A model generated the notes under the pieces. That model worked only from the letters and a program-made list of their open reading frames with translations, was not told the DNA's origin and made no database searches. 64,000 nt of DNA from a virus: positions 32,001 through 96,000 of the IMG/VR virus record IMGVR_UViG_3300025276_000001; one strand, written 5' to 3'. Shown here in pieces: positions 21,601-29,900 of the stretch. The first letter of the stretch is position 1; each line of letters opens with the position of its first letter. The translations under genes and the position numbers were made by a program.

Positions 21601-23940
21601 GAAAGATTAGTTGCTAAACTAGGCCTAAACAAAGAAGCGTTAGCTTTAGTTACAAATATGGTTGCATTAGGTATGCCTATAAAGACTGCTCTACTGTTAA
21701 TCAATCAACCGTTTATTCAGGACATTTATACTGAAGCAATAAATAAAAAAGAGAAGACTGATCCGGGAGTAGATAGTTTGGTTAAGGCACTACTAAGTGA
21801 TAAGAAATATAAGGATCTTCAAATGGTAGATGTTACATCAGGTATGATGCGTGAAGGTTTGGATGTTGAATTATCTGATGCACAAACAATGTCTATCCTT
21901 CTTACTTTCCAAGAAGCATTAAAGGTCTCTAAGTTTACAAAAAACATGAGAGCTGTTTCTGATTTAACAAATGGTTTAGGAAAAGATATTGCAAGTGTAA
22001 ACTACAAGAGAGAACAAATGGATTTATTGTTTGAAGAAAATGCAATAATGGATCTTTCACCTATCTATAAAAGTGATACATGGCAGTCTAAATACTTAGA
22101 GGTTTTTGATCAGATATATGATGAGTTGTTGCCTGCTACTTTCTTAAGTGCAAGTCCACAGTTTACAGATATTATGGATGAGTTATTAAAAAGTATTGAC
22201 ACACAGAAAATGGAATTTAATTCTGAAGTTCAATCTAAGATTTCTAAAGATTTATTATCATATATAACAATTAAAGCATATCAAAACAATGTAGGTAATG
22301 GAACAACAGCTTCTATTGCTAATTTAAATAATGACTTTTTATATCCATCTGGTAAAAACTCTATCAATAATATAGTAGAGAACTTAAGACTAACAGAAGC
22401 TGGAAAGAATAACTTCTTTTTAGATACGTTTGCTTTAAGTATTCCGGCAAGTGATAAAAGTAACTTTAGTGGAATGAATCTTTTAATGGCTAATACATTT
22501 AGAAGTTTAAATGCATCACAGAAAGTTGATTTACAAACGTCATTTGCTAAATTGTATGGGTCATTAGAAACTAAAGATGATGCATTATCAATCATTAATT
22601 ATATGATGGTGAAGGATGGTCTTCAGTTATCCTATGGTACATTACTAGAAGCAATATCTCCATTTACAATGAGCTCATATTTAGATCATATAGCAACTGC
22701 TAACTTAGCATTGCGTGATAGTTCTGATTCTAAAATGAATGAAGTTTTTGGAATGACACTAGAAGAAATGAAAACAGACTTTAGAGATGGTTACTTACAG
22801 TCTAATATAAATAATGCTTTGCTTAATACTTTCTCAAGCGCAAACAAAGATGTAAATGTAAAAGATGATGTTGTAAGTGTTAAACTTACAAGTCAACTAG
22901 TTACTAAGGATGTTAACTACATCAGAATAAAAACTATTTCAGGTGATACAGCTTTCTATAAGACATATAAGGTAAATGAAGATTTATCTAATAAAGATGT
23001 ACGTACTTTTGAATTGGTTGATACATATGGATCCAACCAACAGAACGGAATAGGTTTTATGTTTGGGCCAAGATCAACATATGCTGAGGTAAGAAACACA
23101 ATTACTGAGCTACATAAAGATCCTATTGAAAGTAATAATCAGTATTCACAAACTGAAGATAGTGATTTATCTCAAAAAGAAAGAGATGTTGAAAAAGTAA
23201 TACAACAAGCTGATGAAGTTGAAATAGTGATTGGATCAGCTAGACAAGGTGGAACAAAAGTAGAAGTAGATGGTAAAAATGTAGCAGATGTAAAACCTGT
23301 TACTGAACAACCTTCTTTTAGAACTATTACATATACACCAACTGGAAAACCTAAACAAGAGTATACTATTGATGGTGATAGAATACTTAATAAAAAAGGT
23401 ATTGAGGTTTTTAAATCAATGAGTAAAGACAGACTTAAGATATTTGCTAATCTAGCTATTAAGGAAGGTAGAGCTAAGGTTGTTACATATAGAGGTAACA
23501 GTTATGTAGTTAATGACAAGAATCAAATAATGTCAGTGCGTACTGGTTTAGAAATGAAGTGGGAGGAAAACAATGGTAATAGAATTGCAGTGTTAAACCT
23601 AGCACAAGATCCACAGAGTATGAACAGACAAGAGTTTGAAGATGCATCTGAGGAAGTTGCAGATGAGTATACTCCTGGTGCTCTATACGGTGCTGCTCTC
23701 CTAGACAATCAAATGACATTGGAGTTTGAAGCAGAAGATAGCGTTAAGCTAACAGAGTTTTGGGATAATGAAGTTGAAAAATATCCAGAAAAAAAGGCTA
23801 TTTTTGCTAATAACAAAATGCCTACTTATAGCAGCATGGTTATGTTTTATAACACACAGAAATTAAAAGGATTCTTTCAAGGAACTGCAGAACAAAGTTC
23901 AGAAGAGGAGTTTATGGAATCATTAAAATGTTTAAGATAA
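9673..23940 (+). CDS. giant virion-associated RNA polymerase polyprotein (crAss-type) with zincin domain
   Basis: 4755 aa; RIPSQ (~20656) and GADFDIDK catalytic loop (DFDID at 20773-20787, aa ~3701), as in phi14:2 gp66; HEAFH at 16195-16209 with downstream EEYLADEF; Gly/Ala-rich hydrophobic helices in the N-terminal ~650 aa. Confidence 0.9.
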   Translation: MEEVQNNTGLAETIKSQEVPLQEIPKDRPYIPIEEMFNTPEYDEWISSADVAQIQQLQESKLDIDKYSPAAMANLGIARPSQATTTFDPVAQQNPPTLEEEGGFTRLLNEGMNKNLSVLAKEANDNFTVDPVISNIRQTNFKRYYEHPEYADLGFSPFANNEQFYNENSTVWDDYSRMWGQFGSLAGTGFMSGYRSIGDFFTGEGLEADRQSAYEFEDAMAIGNSSRGGAMAWTNNLLLNSGYTMGIISSIALEELVLAGATALSGGALGAPAAIKTGINAAKITKTVSNSFGVGRMANWTRNMLKQLNNADAAKDLYNGANSGRKFLGKIFLPETTAAIRGLKTTANGAQNVTNFAKGAKTFGGFYKDLRSVNYALAESKLESGMVYNQRLRQNLNIANESNFGGEITTEQMEAATSNASEAAFETLIRNAPLIYASNFFVLGNAFGGFNKSFARMANDSYKSIGRRIMRKGAATGADGQVLKNVFSDAGTGLKGLWNRTKNAGVRGGGKALFHSSARYFAANFAEGIQEVGQEAISHGVNHYYESLFRDPMSGGAQLHKQSVNSGMGSQFSGQGLDVFMSGFLMGGVVSGPQKLFFQGVPAVYNFAKGKGAFGAEGAAAVAEQNKTEKEFIDSVVASYNAVAEGVGGVAQSEGKDSVDPGSAFDMTLLNFLIQKQTGAELTGNSYDGNIFGYQDAKDFGTFHNLYQVFSTGGAAQFESMIKDFQKLDDAALLEAFPASKAEIKSGKFRSKFTKMEQNMDKMEVDYNAAKDLFPSPFDSSQMDKGTRAYQDERIKEMSWRHAQYLYMFTKDGFDQALVRSSSIYKRLAADPLFEGMATSDVTVLLSPDSLKNEIRLLKEELSTYEVDEDSKKLNKEIIAAKKGKQTRLEAYLKVVEDPKNQSKDGIYDRRSMTEIERVFDDYIKFIAKSEGSFINKEARREALKDIIDYKALKGRAIVYDRTMEMMANPARFQEILDRNNALHDSYFANIKEEYRKTIEDYVGVVKRNELMNQITNIEGEDVIPHPLYAKMFLQTGDASIFFEGDNSFFFVPEKGRVTKLNNPVLFEKLQSIVSMYEATNVKEAKIAEEKAEADIAEKNRQEVKDVLNDIGVEENLPFSTSSVYNNLLDSKYNAYVATQANLGKAPLTKDEWVNKDGKNFRTAFQALRQVWVANDKLINPNKPLTQNEILDDTKFINWLLSPTGGQVSPEVDLVLQKLEISMFDVTGQKETIQDGAQVQDNIEREVVGQPGLLFAVVEENIEDQETLKKQVVYKIIDLNTQEEVEDAILQRFGSDINIFMTIGEAQATLLSMEKDMGDGKTFEFTEPGIGNDKETSTTLSFGTIVYNKDGDQFIVQSKMDGIINGKDLFLIPIDKVGLSFKAKAEFLVRVPRGGFAGVYSLQEVKNISPESVSRVTLNEIVTPYPYVNKDQSVNPIAARNEDPAKARDRYNAILSILTDEEISQLELVVTIDPLAVEGVSKDYQRKGFEPNPNIRQQVSKYQVGLKAGSIEAQAKIDTLLKDMGLDDSVDPNNIFGFIAIENFKFINTKNGPAIDPSSMSQLELENFINVPQYLKDKLTASEILEMVQKNYATSMVLQGVLDAKMKDQPIGVSVSIPISSLNLDENGKDLGHNISLDLKLGLVDYDNNTKGLNDLEYSSVNENGDYLIYKLEMGSTERSVVPVTNLKEGARDKLIAEVEVQLKKQSLWNELAQGKDGYKAVVLLPNGTYALIPLKAVPLDINELMTETIEAAQKIIEQKDHNSKDGIKGEALKKLRADNKLRSSKLFISSQSGYSISLQVTKWGKIQLELALKQGENYSSVAKVTLSVKDISSDISIADKTKILFDAFNKNAGVQEAGISYTDDNGNLKGIGAKNFRVSFPRTASIAELLAVTTTDVMPKVVNDNNFTLSASSSSIQAQRDMEMTTSGVFQQTESYVDAEGNAIPKGPELRTDSNNKPLVEVSENVEDSLLDLTQEEFDEYAASNFNNFPIKYLQHIANKLDLTEVELNEKEALVFEAQREAIAALAAINPQTPAIDNSEVLERSALVAVKENIKALKAKLQKGKTGIDKIIVLNESEQFQRLLKRKDELTGAANKIIAAMEPQDIEDINIFLAWASNNLPGNITIQDIALLGDNLKAGGVRVGAFVLNLSNIAGGETINGTLYTGAQSSHRYHEAFHGIFRMLLSDVEINKYLAIAKKEVRAKLRAEGKTLESELKMFRRSANTYTNMSMSRLEQEYYEEYLADEFQKFKRNPKSSNTSSEVKSLFTRILDWIKSVFTSYDTKELQTLFDNIDAGKYSDAQVASNQFTNLGITLEANAIIPYSEKEETALVSDTEGVQTRKNRTGFLYLDSVVADPLVASIAAMYLQRVSNNTDPLLLRSTMLQDVLNDFYVLYDVESPHNLSKSDKQKVLLEQASTAIIEYKESIKKQVYGILNVIDTQVTEEEYNAEFFEDKVGLRTSSQWNTDASMIGGIQSTPREVRAYLATTTISEKDFFGNTELTPGERIIVPVNFSEVYNGLLKSVKNIEDPKLMLQNMYFFGQQNPQTGAAVSRILSDIGISEEVLLSDAPLPLQMKNAKLFQAITNAFENFRIDYLFTQTDNSGNVLMYSAAQRDDVNSQLDRWSQAWGQASKKLSADKAVKVQLERVLDSLQDSLNNNQEEVGISIIDALQDNGLLSTEEKTAISDKALTEMSQKFSSNIFDLTGIKLSAQFIAFSMIKNRQVKFLTPKQKALINVNAQETPISQLDIIEMRRLIVDNSDIFSDGDQGMNSRLRRMAIDNAPFDETIGLSVFKNAEGNLVYAHQKGTYHLKEVQKLNDLAYLEQLKEQDPYLDNNHLLNNEAFKQLSNDNQQRILRIAGTAVGKINATEEEINDNISGISSRSTYGNFTPQEFALNLINSYTGLLNTKSGKVKFVEYKDGRTGKMVRVALTASLIRVLESSNTGDLMYMPVVNAVRYASGDRGSSVLTDDVLVAFTNSIKTEYTRIQRERSDASNKNDVVGYNKTEFNEETGEEIIGRAFKLHNSALLLDPTVKGQLEEIANRSESVSFEEALKELTITPKQFSNQLNQILEAQFTEFKSELDQLNISSELSFNVKNGLTADAKFSEAAELLNLKQDKDYNLKQIFFSDWVNTKAINEILLGDQAVTLKNGVDAIKRAKAQNAATVTAASVIADPTVGVMHPNQNLSAFVFEEPRGESSLTGKSIDEADAQAYYTLKGLRYSEFGFGTLTPMQAALITRLEQGEDIPSEEIFGQDGFVSNGSMINSRKLVYADGKTFIKMSTFVLIPAYTSNPVRDDNGNIIDWVAKPNRVALHNLRMKMEAEEVLTETTSIAAPLSAFKMLKQNVSSLEEIENTDDVFTEKPTKLKAKYLGLQVPGPSNKMEMVDPTQIKNIVTSEQKDDTPIPGMQMNGKTMTVGDVRREYNKATSQRFELKFKNKRNLTFSFESAMNELSISKKVGAITPNLMAFLKFAQSGLKSSQSSSNQLEFFSTKDGEQQYDLNNPITINNFESLFLNYLSKGTLAEKIPGHSLVLVSDFGSNIYRRVFSFDENGIPDRSVVIRQKEWESSTGINSSVNNTIQNSTQIDGQPTWKEVKVPAEGVVILDRLRSAVKEYDSKGVATGLRYTEMMMPSHYADVMDMIENDPSASIPDVIAKMFAIRIPSQDNHSTINSKLVDFMPAIYGSVGMYSRELVEISGADFDIDKVFSQIKEWYIKNNEFVEYGKTTNEREAYENYIEYVKIKVSRKGTIYNEAYQLKDSDNQSIREGNPSAEVVSDELGPVYDPAITALEMLGLPISFEQYKEYKNKNGEPYEAPHSNKILDYKYALMGNTAVTEEALVGELPISYTPASLDILEDIWKEFSDETEDSSTRSEYLVKRSREDNIDIDNLLGKIKAFAANKGAAIGAVVSPNQALSLLTEYKIPLGGINAPVIEIDGVTFNSFEYLRERLADGKLGLRKQDIISSLITMATDNAKERLVAKLGLNKEALALVTNMVALGMPIKTALLLINQPFIQDIYTEAINKKEKTDPGVDSLVKALLSDKKYKDLQMVDVTSGMMREGLDVELSDAQTMSILLTFQEALKVSKFTKNMRAVSDLTNGLGKDIASVNYKREQMDLLFEENAIMDLSPIYKSDTWQSKYLEVFDQIYDELLPATFLSASPQFTDIMDELLKSIDTQKMEFNSEVQSKISKDLLSYITIKAYQNNVGNGTTASIANLNNDFLYPSGKNSINNIVENLRLTEAGKNNFFLDTFALSIPASDKSNFSGMNLLMANTFRSLNASQKVDLQTSFAKLYGSLETKDDALSIINYMMVKDGLQLSYGTLLEAISPFTMSSYLDHIATANLALRDSSDSKMNEVFGMTLEEMKTDFRDGYLQSNINNALLNTFSSANKDVNVKDDVVSVKLTSQLVTKDVNYIRIKTISGDTAFYKTYKVNEDLSNKDVRTFELVDTYGSNQQNGIGFMFGPRSTYAEVRNTITELHKDPIESNNQYSQTEDSDLSQKERDVEKVIQQADEVEIVIGSARQGGTKVEVDGKNVADVKPVTEQPSFRTITYTPTGKPKQEYTIDGDRILNKKGIEVFKSMSKDRLKIFANLAIKEGRAKVVTYRGNSYVVNDKNQIMSVRTGLEMKWEENNGNRIAVLNLAQDPQSMNRQEFEDASEEVADEYTPGALYGAALLDNQMTLEFEAEDSVKLTEFWDNEVEKYPEKKAIFANNKMPTYSSMVMFYNTQKLKGFFQGTAEQSSEEEFMESLKCLR

Positions 23941-23947
23941 AATAGAT

Positions 23948-26900
23948 ATGGCAAAATGTCCCAACGTAAATGCAGCAGAGTACAAAGCACTGCAAGCAGT
24001 TTATAAAACTGAAATTGAAACAAACAGTATTATTAATTCTTGGCAGAACGCTAATGAAAGTGATAATTTTCCAACAGCTGTTCAGGCGGCAAAGTTTGTT
24101 AAAACTACAAAGGCTGTCTATGCACTTAAACAAAAGCAGTTTGGTGAAAGTGTTATCAGTAACTTAGTTAATAAGAAACTAATCCACATGTTTAATGGAA
24201 ACTATCTTGTTAATGTTGCATACCCAGGTACACAAGAATATAATGCGCAAGCTGTCAAGGATAATTTAAAAGCTATATATAAGTATTTAGATATTAATAA
24301 AATTCCTTTAGAGACTATTGACTTTGCTGCAACAGATAAAACATTTAAAGTAACAATGCTTAATAATGTTTTTACACCTAAAGATATATTAGAATCTACA
24401 CGTGGGTGGGATACTTCTAGATCACAAAAGGTTGTAGGCCATCTTAAAAGAATGTTTCCGGGGGTTGAGGTAAGATTAGTATCAGTTAAAGAAGCTAAAA
24501 GAATACATGATGGTTTACCAGCATGGAGAAAAACATCAGGTAGCTTTGCTAATGTAAATTCATTTTACTATGATCAAGTAGCTTATTTAGTTAAAGGAAG
24601 AGTAACAAATGAAACAGCAATAGAAGAGATGCTTCATCCATTCATTGATGCTATTAAGGTAGACAATGAATCTTTATTTAATAACTTACTTGAAGAAGCT
24701 AAAGTAAACTTTCCAGAAATGGTTCAGCAGATTACTGAAGCTTATAATAATAAGAGAAACTTTAATGACTTAGATAGAAACTTAGAAATAGTAACACAAG
24801 CATTAACAAGACATTTTAATAATGAATATGAATCACAACCTACTAATTCTTTTTTAAAGTTAATTCAAGATGCATTAGAATGGTTTAAGAGTGTTATAGA
24901 AAACTTACATGAATATGTTACTGGTAATCCTTTGCCTGTTTCTGCTATAAGTAAGAATGCAACGTTTACTGATATTGCTAAATTATTAAATACAGAAGGT
25001 ATTAGGTTTAAGTTAGAAAAAAGAGCAAGTGCAAAACTTAGATATTCTTTTACTCCAGAAGTACAAAGTATTTTACAAGGTGCACGTTCTGTTGCTAACG
25101 GTATTCAGCTAGAAATACTAAATAAGATGTTTGGTATAGCTGAAAAAGATAGTAGAAATAATGATAGGTTATATGCTAATGCGGCTGAGCCAACTGATGC
25201 AGGTCCTAGAATAGTATTCAATCAAAAGGATCACACTTATATAGATGTCAATAATCCTAATGGTCAGGTGTATGCTTCTGCAACAACTGCAATAAAAGGA
25301 AAACTTAGTAATAAAGAAGGTGAAGCAATCATTAGAAGAGATGAAGCACTACAAGCTTTAAGTGATAAAGGTCAAAAGCCTAATGCTAAATTTACTGAGA
25401 AATATAAAAAAGAAATTGCTAATGGAAAAGCAGATGACATCCAAAAAGAAAAAGATGTTAAGCTTAACCTAGATCTGGGTAATGATGTTGACATGATTGT
25501 TGAGTCAATAGTTAAATTAATGAATGGCTATGAAGGAAACATTAATACTGAATTAGAAAAGGCTATGGATAGCATGGCTGTACTTAGCCGTGATCAAGCA
25601 AGAGAATTTTTTGGTGCAATGAAAGTTGCAATAAGAGACTTTATGCCTATTGATGGAATAGCTCTTTCTCAAGTAGTTGTATATGATGAAGCAACAAAAC
25701 TTGCTGGTACTGCAGATTTAGTTATAATTGATAGGAATGGTAAGATTAGAATATTTGATTTAAAGACTAGTAAGAATTCTATAGAGAAGAAAATTTCATT
25801 ATCTCAAAGTGCAGGTAGAAGAGGTTTAGGAAGTTATGAATTTAGTGAATGGACTTTACCAGCTGATAGTAGGTTAAGAAGTGAGAGTAAAGAAAAGATA
25901 GGTAGAGAAGTAACTAAGTTGAGTACAAAGGGTCAACATAATTTACAAGTAAATCTTTACAGAAGAATGTTTGAGAACATGGGCTTCTCAGTTTATGAAG
26001 GTTCATTTGCAGCATCTACATTTCATGTTCAATTGGATATAGCTAATAAAGGTGAAAAACAAGAGTATAAAGGAACTTGGGATTATGAGGGTAAAGTAGA
26101 TCATTATGAAACTAATATATCTGAAAATAGTGTTTATGTAGACATGCTTATTCCGGCTACTGTTGATAACAGAAACAAGAAAAAACTTGATGCTAAACTT
26201 GCAGAACAACCTGAAGCTCCATATAGAGGAGATCAAGATAAAATGGCTCAAGAAGAAATTGAATCTACTGTTGAGGAAGAAGTAGCACAAGCATTATATC
26301 CAGAAATGAATACAGTATTTGGTGCGTTAGAATCTTATAGTACTGCATTAGATCAAGCACAAAGAGGAGACCTAAATACTAAGAAAGTATATTCTAAACG
26401 TTCTAAAGAACAAAGGTTATTGGACATTGCAAAATTACAAGCATATATTACTAGTGGTATTAGCAGAGGTCCTAAAGCACAATCAAAGATCTATACTGGA
26501 TTATTAAGTAATGCTTTAAAAGACATAAGAGAGTTTACTGATTATGTTACTGATCCTAATAATGTAACAGGTGATCCTGAATACATTGGTTTTGTATTAA
26601 ACTTTAATAGATTCCTTGCAACTTATGAACCTTTATATGCAATAGAAGGGTCTAAGGAATTAAATGCAACACAACAACAGTTGGTGTTAAATTTAAAATT
26701 AGAAGTTGATAAATTAATTGGTGGTACTAGATTAGTCTCAGAAGGTAGAGAGGGTATTATCAATGATGCAATTTTTAATTATGTAAAAGAAACAGTAAGA
26801 CTTAGATCATCTAAACAATTTGGTGTAGAAGGTAGTGGGTTTACTGAAGCTGATTTAATTAAAGAATTAACTATAGTTAATGATATCCCTGGTATTGATT

Positions 26901-29900
26901 TACAAACCAGAGACATGGATACTTCTACAGATACTTTACTTGCTGTAGTAGCTAAGATATACAAATCACAAAAACAACTTTTACTAGACAGGATTCAGTA
27001 TAGAGAAAAAGTAATTAGAACTGCAGGTAATAAAGTATTAATGCTTAGCGGTACTAATAAAGAAAATGCATATAATTATATGCAAAACTTTAATGAGGAT
27101 GGAACACGTAATGGTACTTATGTTAAACCTATTGGTAGTAAGTTTTATGACAAACAAAAAGAACTAAGAGCTGCAACTAGAGATGCTGATAATGTACCAT
27201 ATACTTATTTCAATATAAGTGATAAGAACCAAGCATCTGAAGAAGAGCTGGAATACAATATAGATTTAGCAAATAAAAAAAGAGCTGCATCTCAGTTTGG
27301 ATTTGCTGAAAGAGTTAATGAAAACGGACAAAGAATTGATGGAGAATACTATTCATATAACCAAGAGTTTATTGATGCAAGAAATAAATTTGAATACTTT
27401 GTAAGTAATGATGCATATGAAGGACGTTGGTTTAAAAAACAAAGAGTTGATAGTGTAGAGTTTAATGCTTATGAAGCTAGATACTATAACATTACCAAAT
27501 ATAATCAAGCACTTAGAAATCCTAATGGTGAAGCTACTGGTGTAATCATGCAAGGTGTTGATGGAAGGTTTGTTAAACCGGAGTATAAAGATAAGAATCA
27601 GTTTAGACTAGACAAAGAAGGTAATAGGATAGAAGATTTACGTAGTGATAAATACAAAGCAATATTTGATCCTGCTAAAACTGATGCATTGTCAATAGCA
27701 CAAAGAGAGTTTTATGTTTTATATGTAAAATTCTTTGAAGAAGAGTTGCTTAGAATGTTGCCTGATAACGTTAGGCAATCAATGCTAGGAAAGAACCCTG
27801 TTGTAAAAAGCAATCTTTTAGATGATCTTAAAAATAGACCAAGTATAGTTTCTAGAATGTATGCAAGTAGTGTTAGAGGAGTTAAGAATTTATTCCAAGA
27901 AACTTCTGTACAAAAAGCTGTTCTGCTTGATGAGGTGGGTGACATAACTAATAGTCTACCTATTTTTATGGTAGGAAGCCCAAGGAAAGAAGGGGATATG
28001 GAAGCTGTAGAAGCAAAAATAATAATCCTTGAAGAGAAGTATAAAAAGAATACTGTTAATAGAGAAACTTATAAAAGTCAGTTAGCAGTATTAACTGGTG
28101 AATTAGCAAAAATAAGAAGTAGACCTTTAGCAAGTGAGCTGAGTGGAGATCTAGCAACAAGTTTAATAAAGTTTAGTGCAATGGCAGAGCACTATGAAGT
28201 TATGGGTCAAATAGAAGATACCTTAACTGCAATACAAAGAGTAGTTAATAATAGACAGTATGAACCGTCTGATGTTAATACAAAATTTGTAGGGCGTGGA
28301 CAGAACTTAATAAATAAAGCTAAGAAACAAGTTGACGCAGCTGTTAGTGGTGTTGAACAAAGTGGATCAGTTGGATTTAAAAAAGAAACAAGTGGTGATT
28401 CTAATACTGTAAGAAGATTAAGAAAGTATATGTCAATGGTATACTATGATAATGAATTAATCACAAAAGGTGCAGTAGATAAAATAGCTGATCTTTTAAT
28501 TCAACAATCTTCTCTTGCTTATGTAGCCTTTAATCCTTTTGGTAACTTTAATAACTACCTTATGGGTAGGATTAACAACAACATTGAGATGTTGGGTGGT
28601 AGATTCTTTAGTAAGAAAAACTTTCTTAGAGCGGGTGGTGAGTGGAATAAGCAAGCTATAACCGGCCTTGTTGAAAGAACTGGTTCTGGACTTAGAGATT
28701 TAGCTGATGTATCCACTGCAGGTCTAGCAGGTATTGGTAAGTCTAATTATGATCCTGACTTTGCAAATAATAAGTATGAAGCATTCACACAGCTTCTAAG
28801 AATGATGGATGATTCTACAGACATACGTGAATCTGGTAAAGACTCAGATGGTAAAAGCATATGGGAAAGGTTTAAAGAATGGGGTTATGTAATGCAAGAT
28901 GCTGCAGAGTACAATGTACAAAGTAGAGTAGGTATTGCTATGATCATGGATACTAATTTAATAGATGAAGCAACAGGAGAAACATTATCTATGTATGATG
29001 CATTTAACTTTAATGCTAAAACTAAAGAGTTAGATTTAGAAAGTGGTAAATGGTCAGTATTAAACAAAGACGGATCTACTCAAGAATACAATGATGCATT
29101 CAGATATGACTTAAGAAATAAAATTAGAGAAGTCAACAAACAAATTCATGGTAACTACGCTGCAGAAGATAGAATGGTTATTCAATCACATACGCTTGGT
29201 AATTTAGCTGCTCAGTTTCATAAGTGGGTTGCTCCGGCAATTAGAGCTAGATTCCAAACAGAATACTTTGATGAAAATCTTGGATGGATGGAAGGTAGAT
29301 ATAAATCTTGGTTTAAGTTTTTGGCTTTCTATTTTAAGAATGTAGTAGAAGCTAAGGGTAACATGAAAGAACTTACTGAAACCTTCTTAAAAGAACAAGA
29401 CGGTTATGATGGTAAAGGTGGTCAAGCGGATCAAAAGGGTAAAAATAGACTTTTTGGATTCTATAGAACAATGGGTGAGATGTCTATTATAGCTGGAGTA
29501 TTTTTAACTAATCAACTTTTAGCAGGTTTATTAGAAGGAGATGATGATGATAGTGATACTGAAAAAAGAATTAAAAACTTAACTAAGTATCAAGGAGATA
29601 GACTGTATAAGGAATTAGTATTATTTGCTGTTGTTTTACCAGCATCAATGGAACAGATATTTCAAATGGCTAAGTCACCAATTGCTACTACAAGAACAAT
29701 GGGTGAATTAGGTCAAGCTTTAAGTATGACAATATGGACACCATATGAATTAATTACAAAAGGTAAAGAAGGTTATGAGGCAAACTCAGAATACGTATAT
29801 CAAAACAATCCTAATAAAGGACAGTGGAAACTAGGGAAAGAATGGAAAGATGTTATTCCAATTCTATATACTATACAGAAATGGAAGAATGCTCTTAAAC

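Noticed and set aside
622-29067. Many 60-190 aa minus-strand or nested ORFs in the track (e.g. 2784-3362, 15126-15542, 19542-19949)
   Set aside because: They are antisense or out-of-frame shadows of long genes, with S/L/F-biased composition and no motifs
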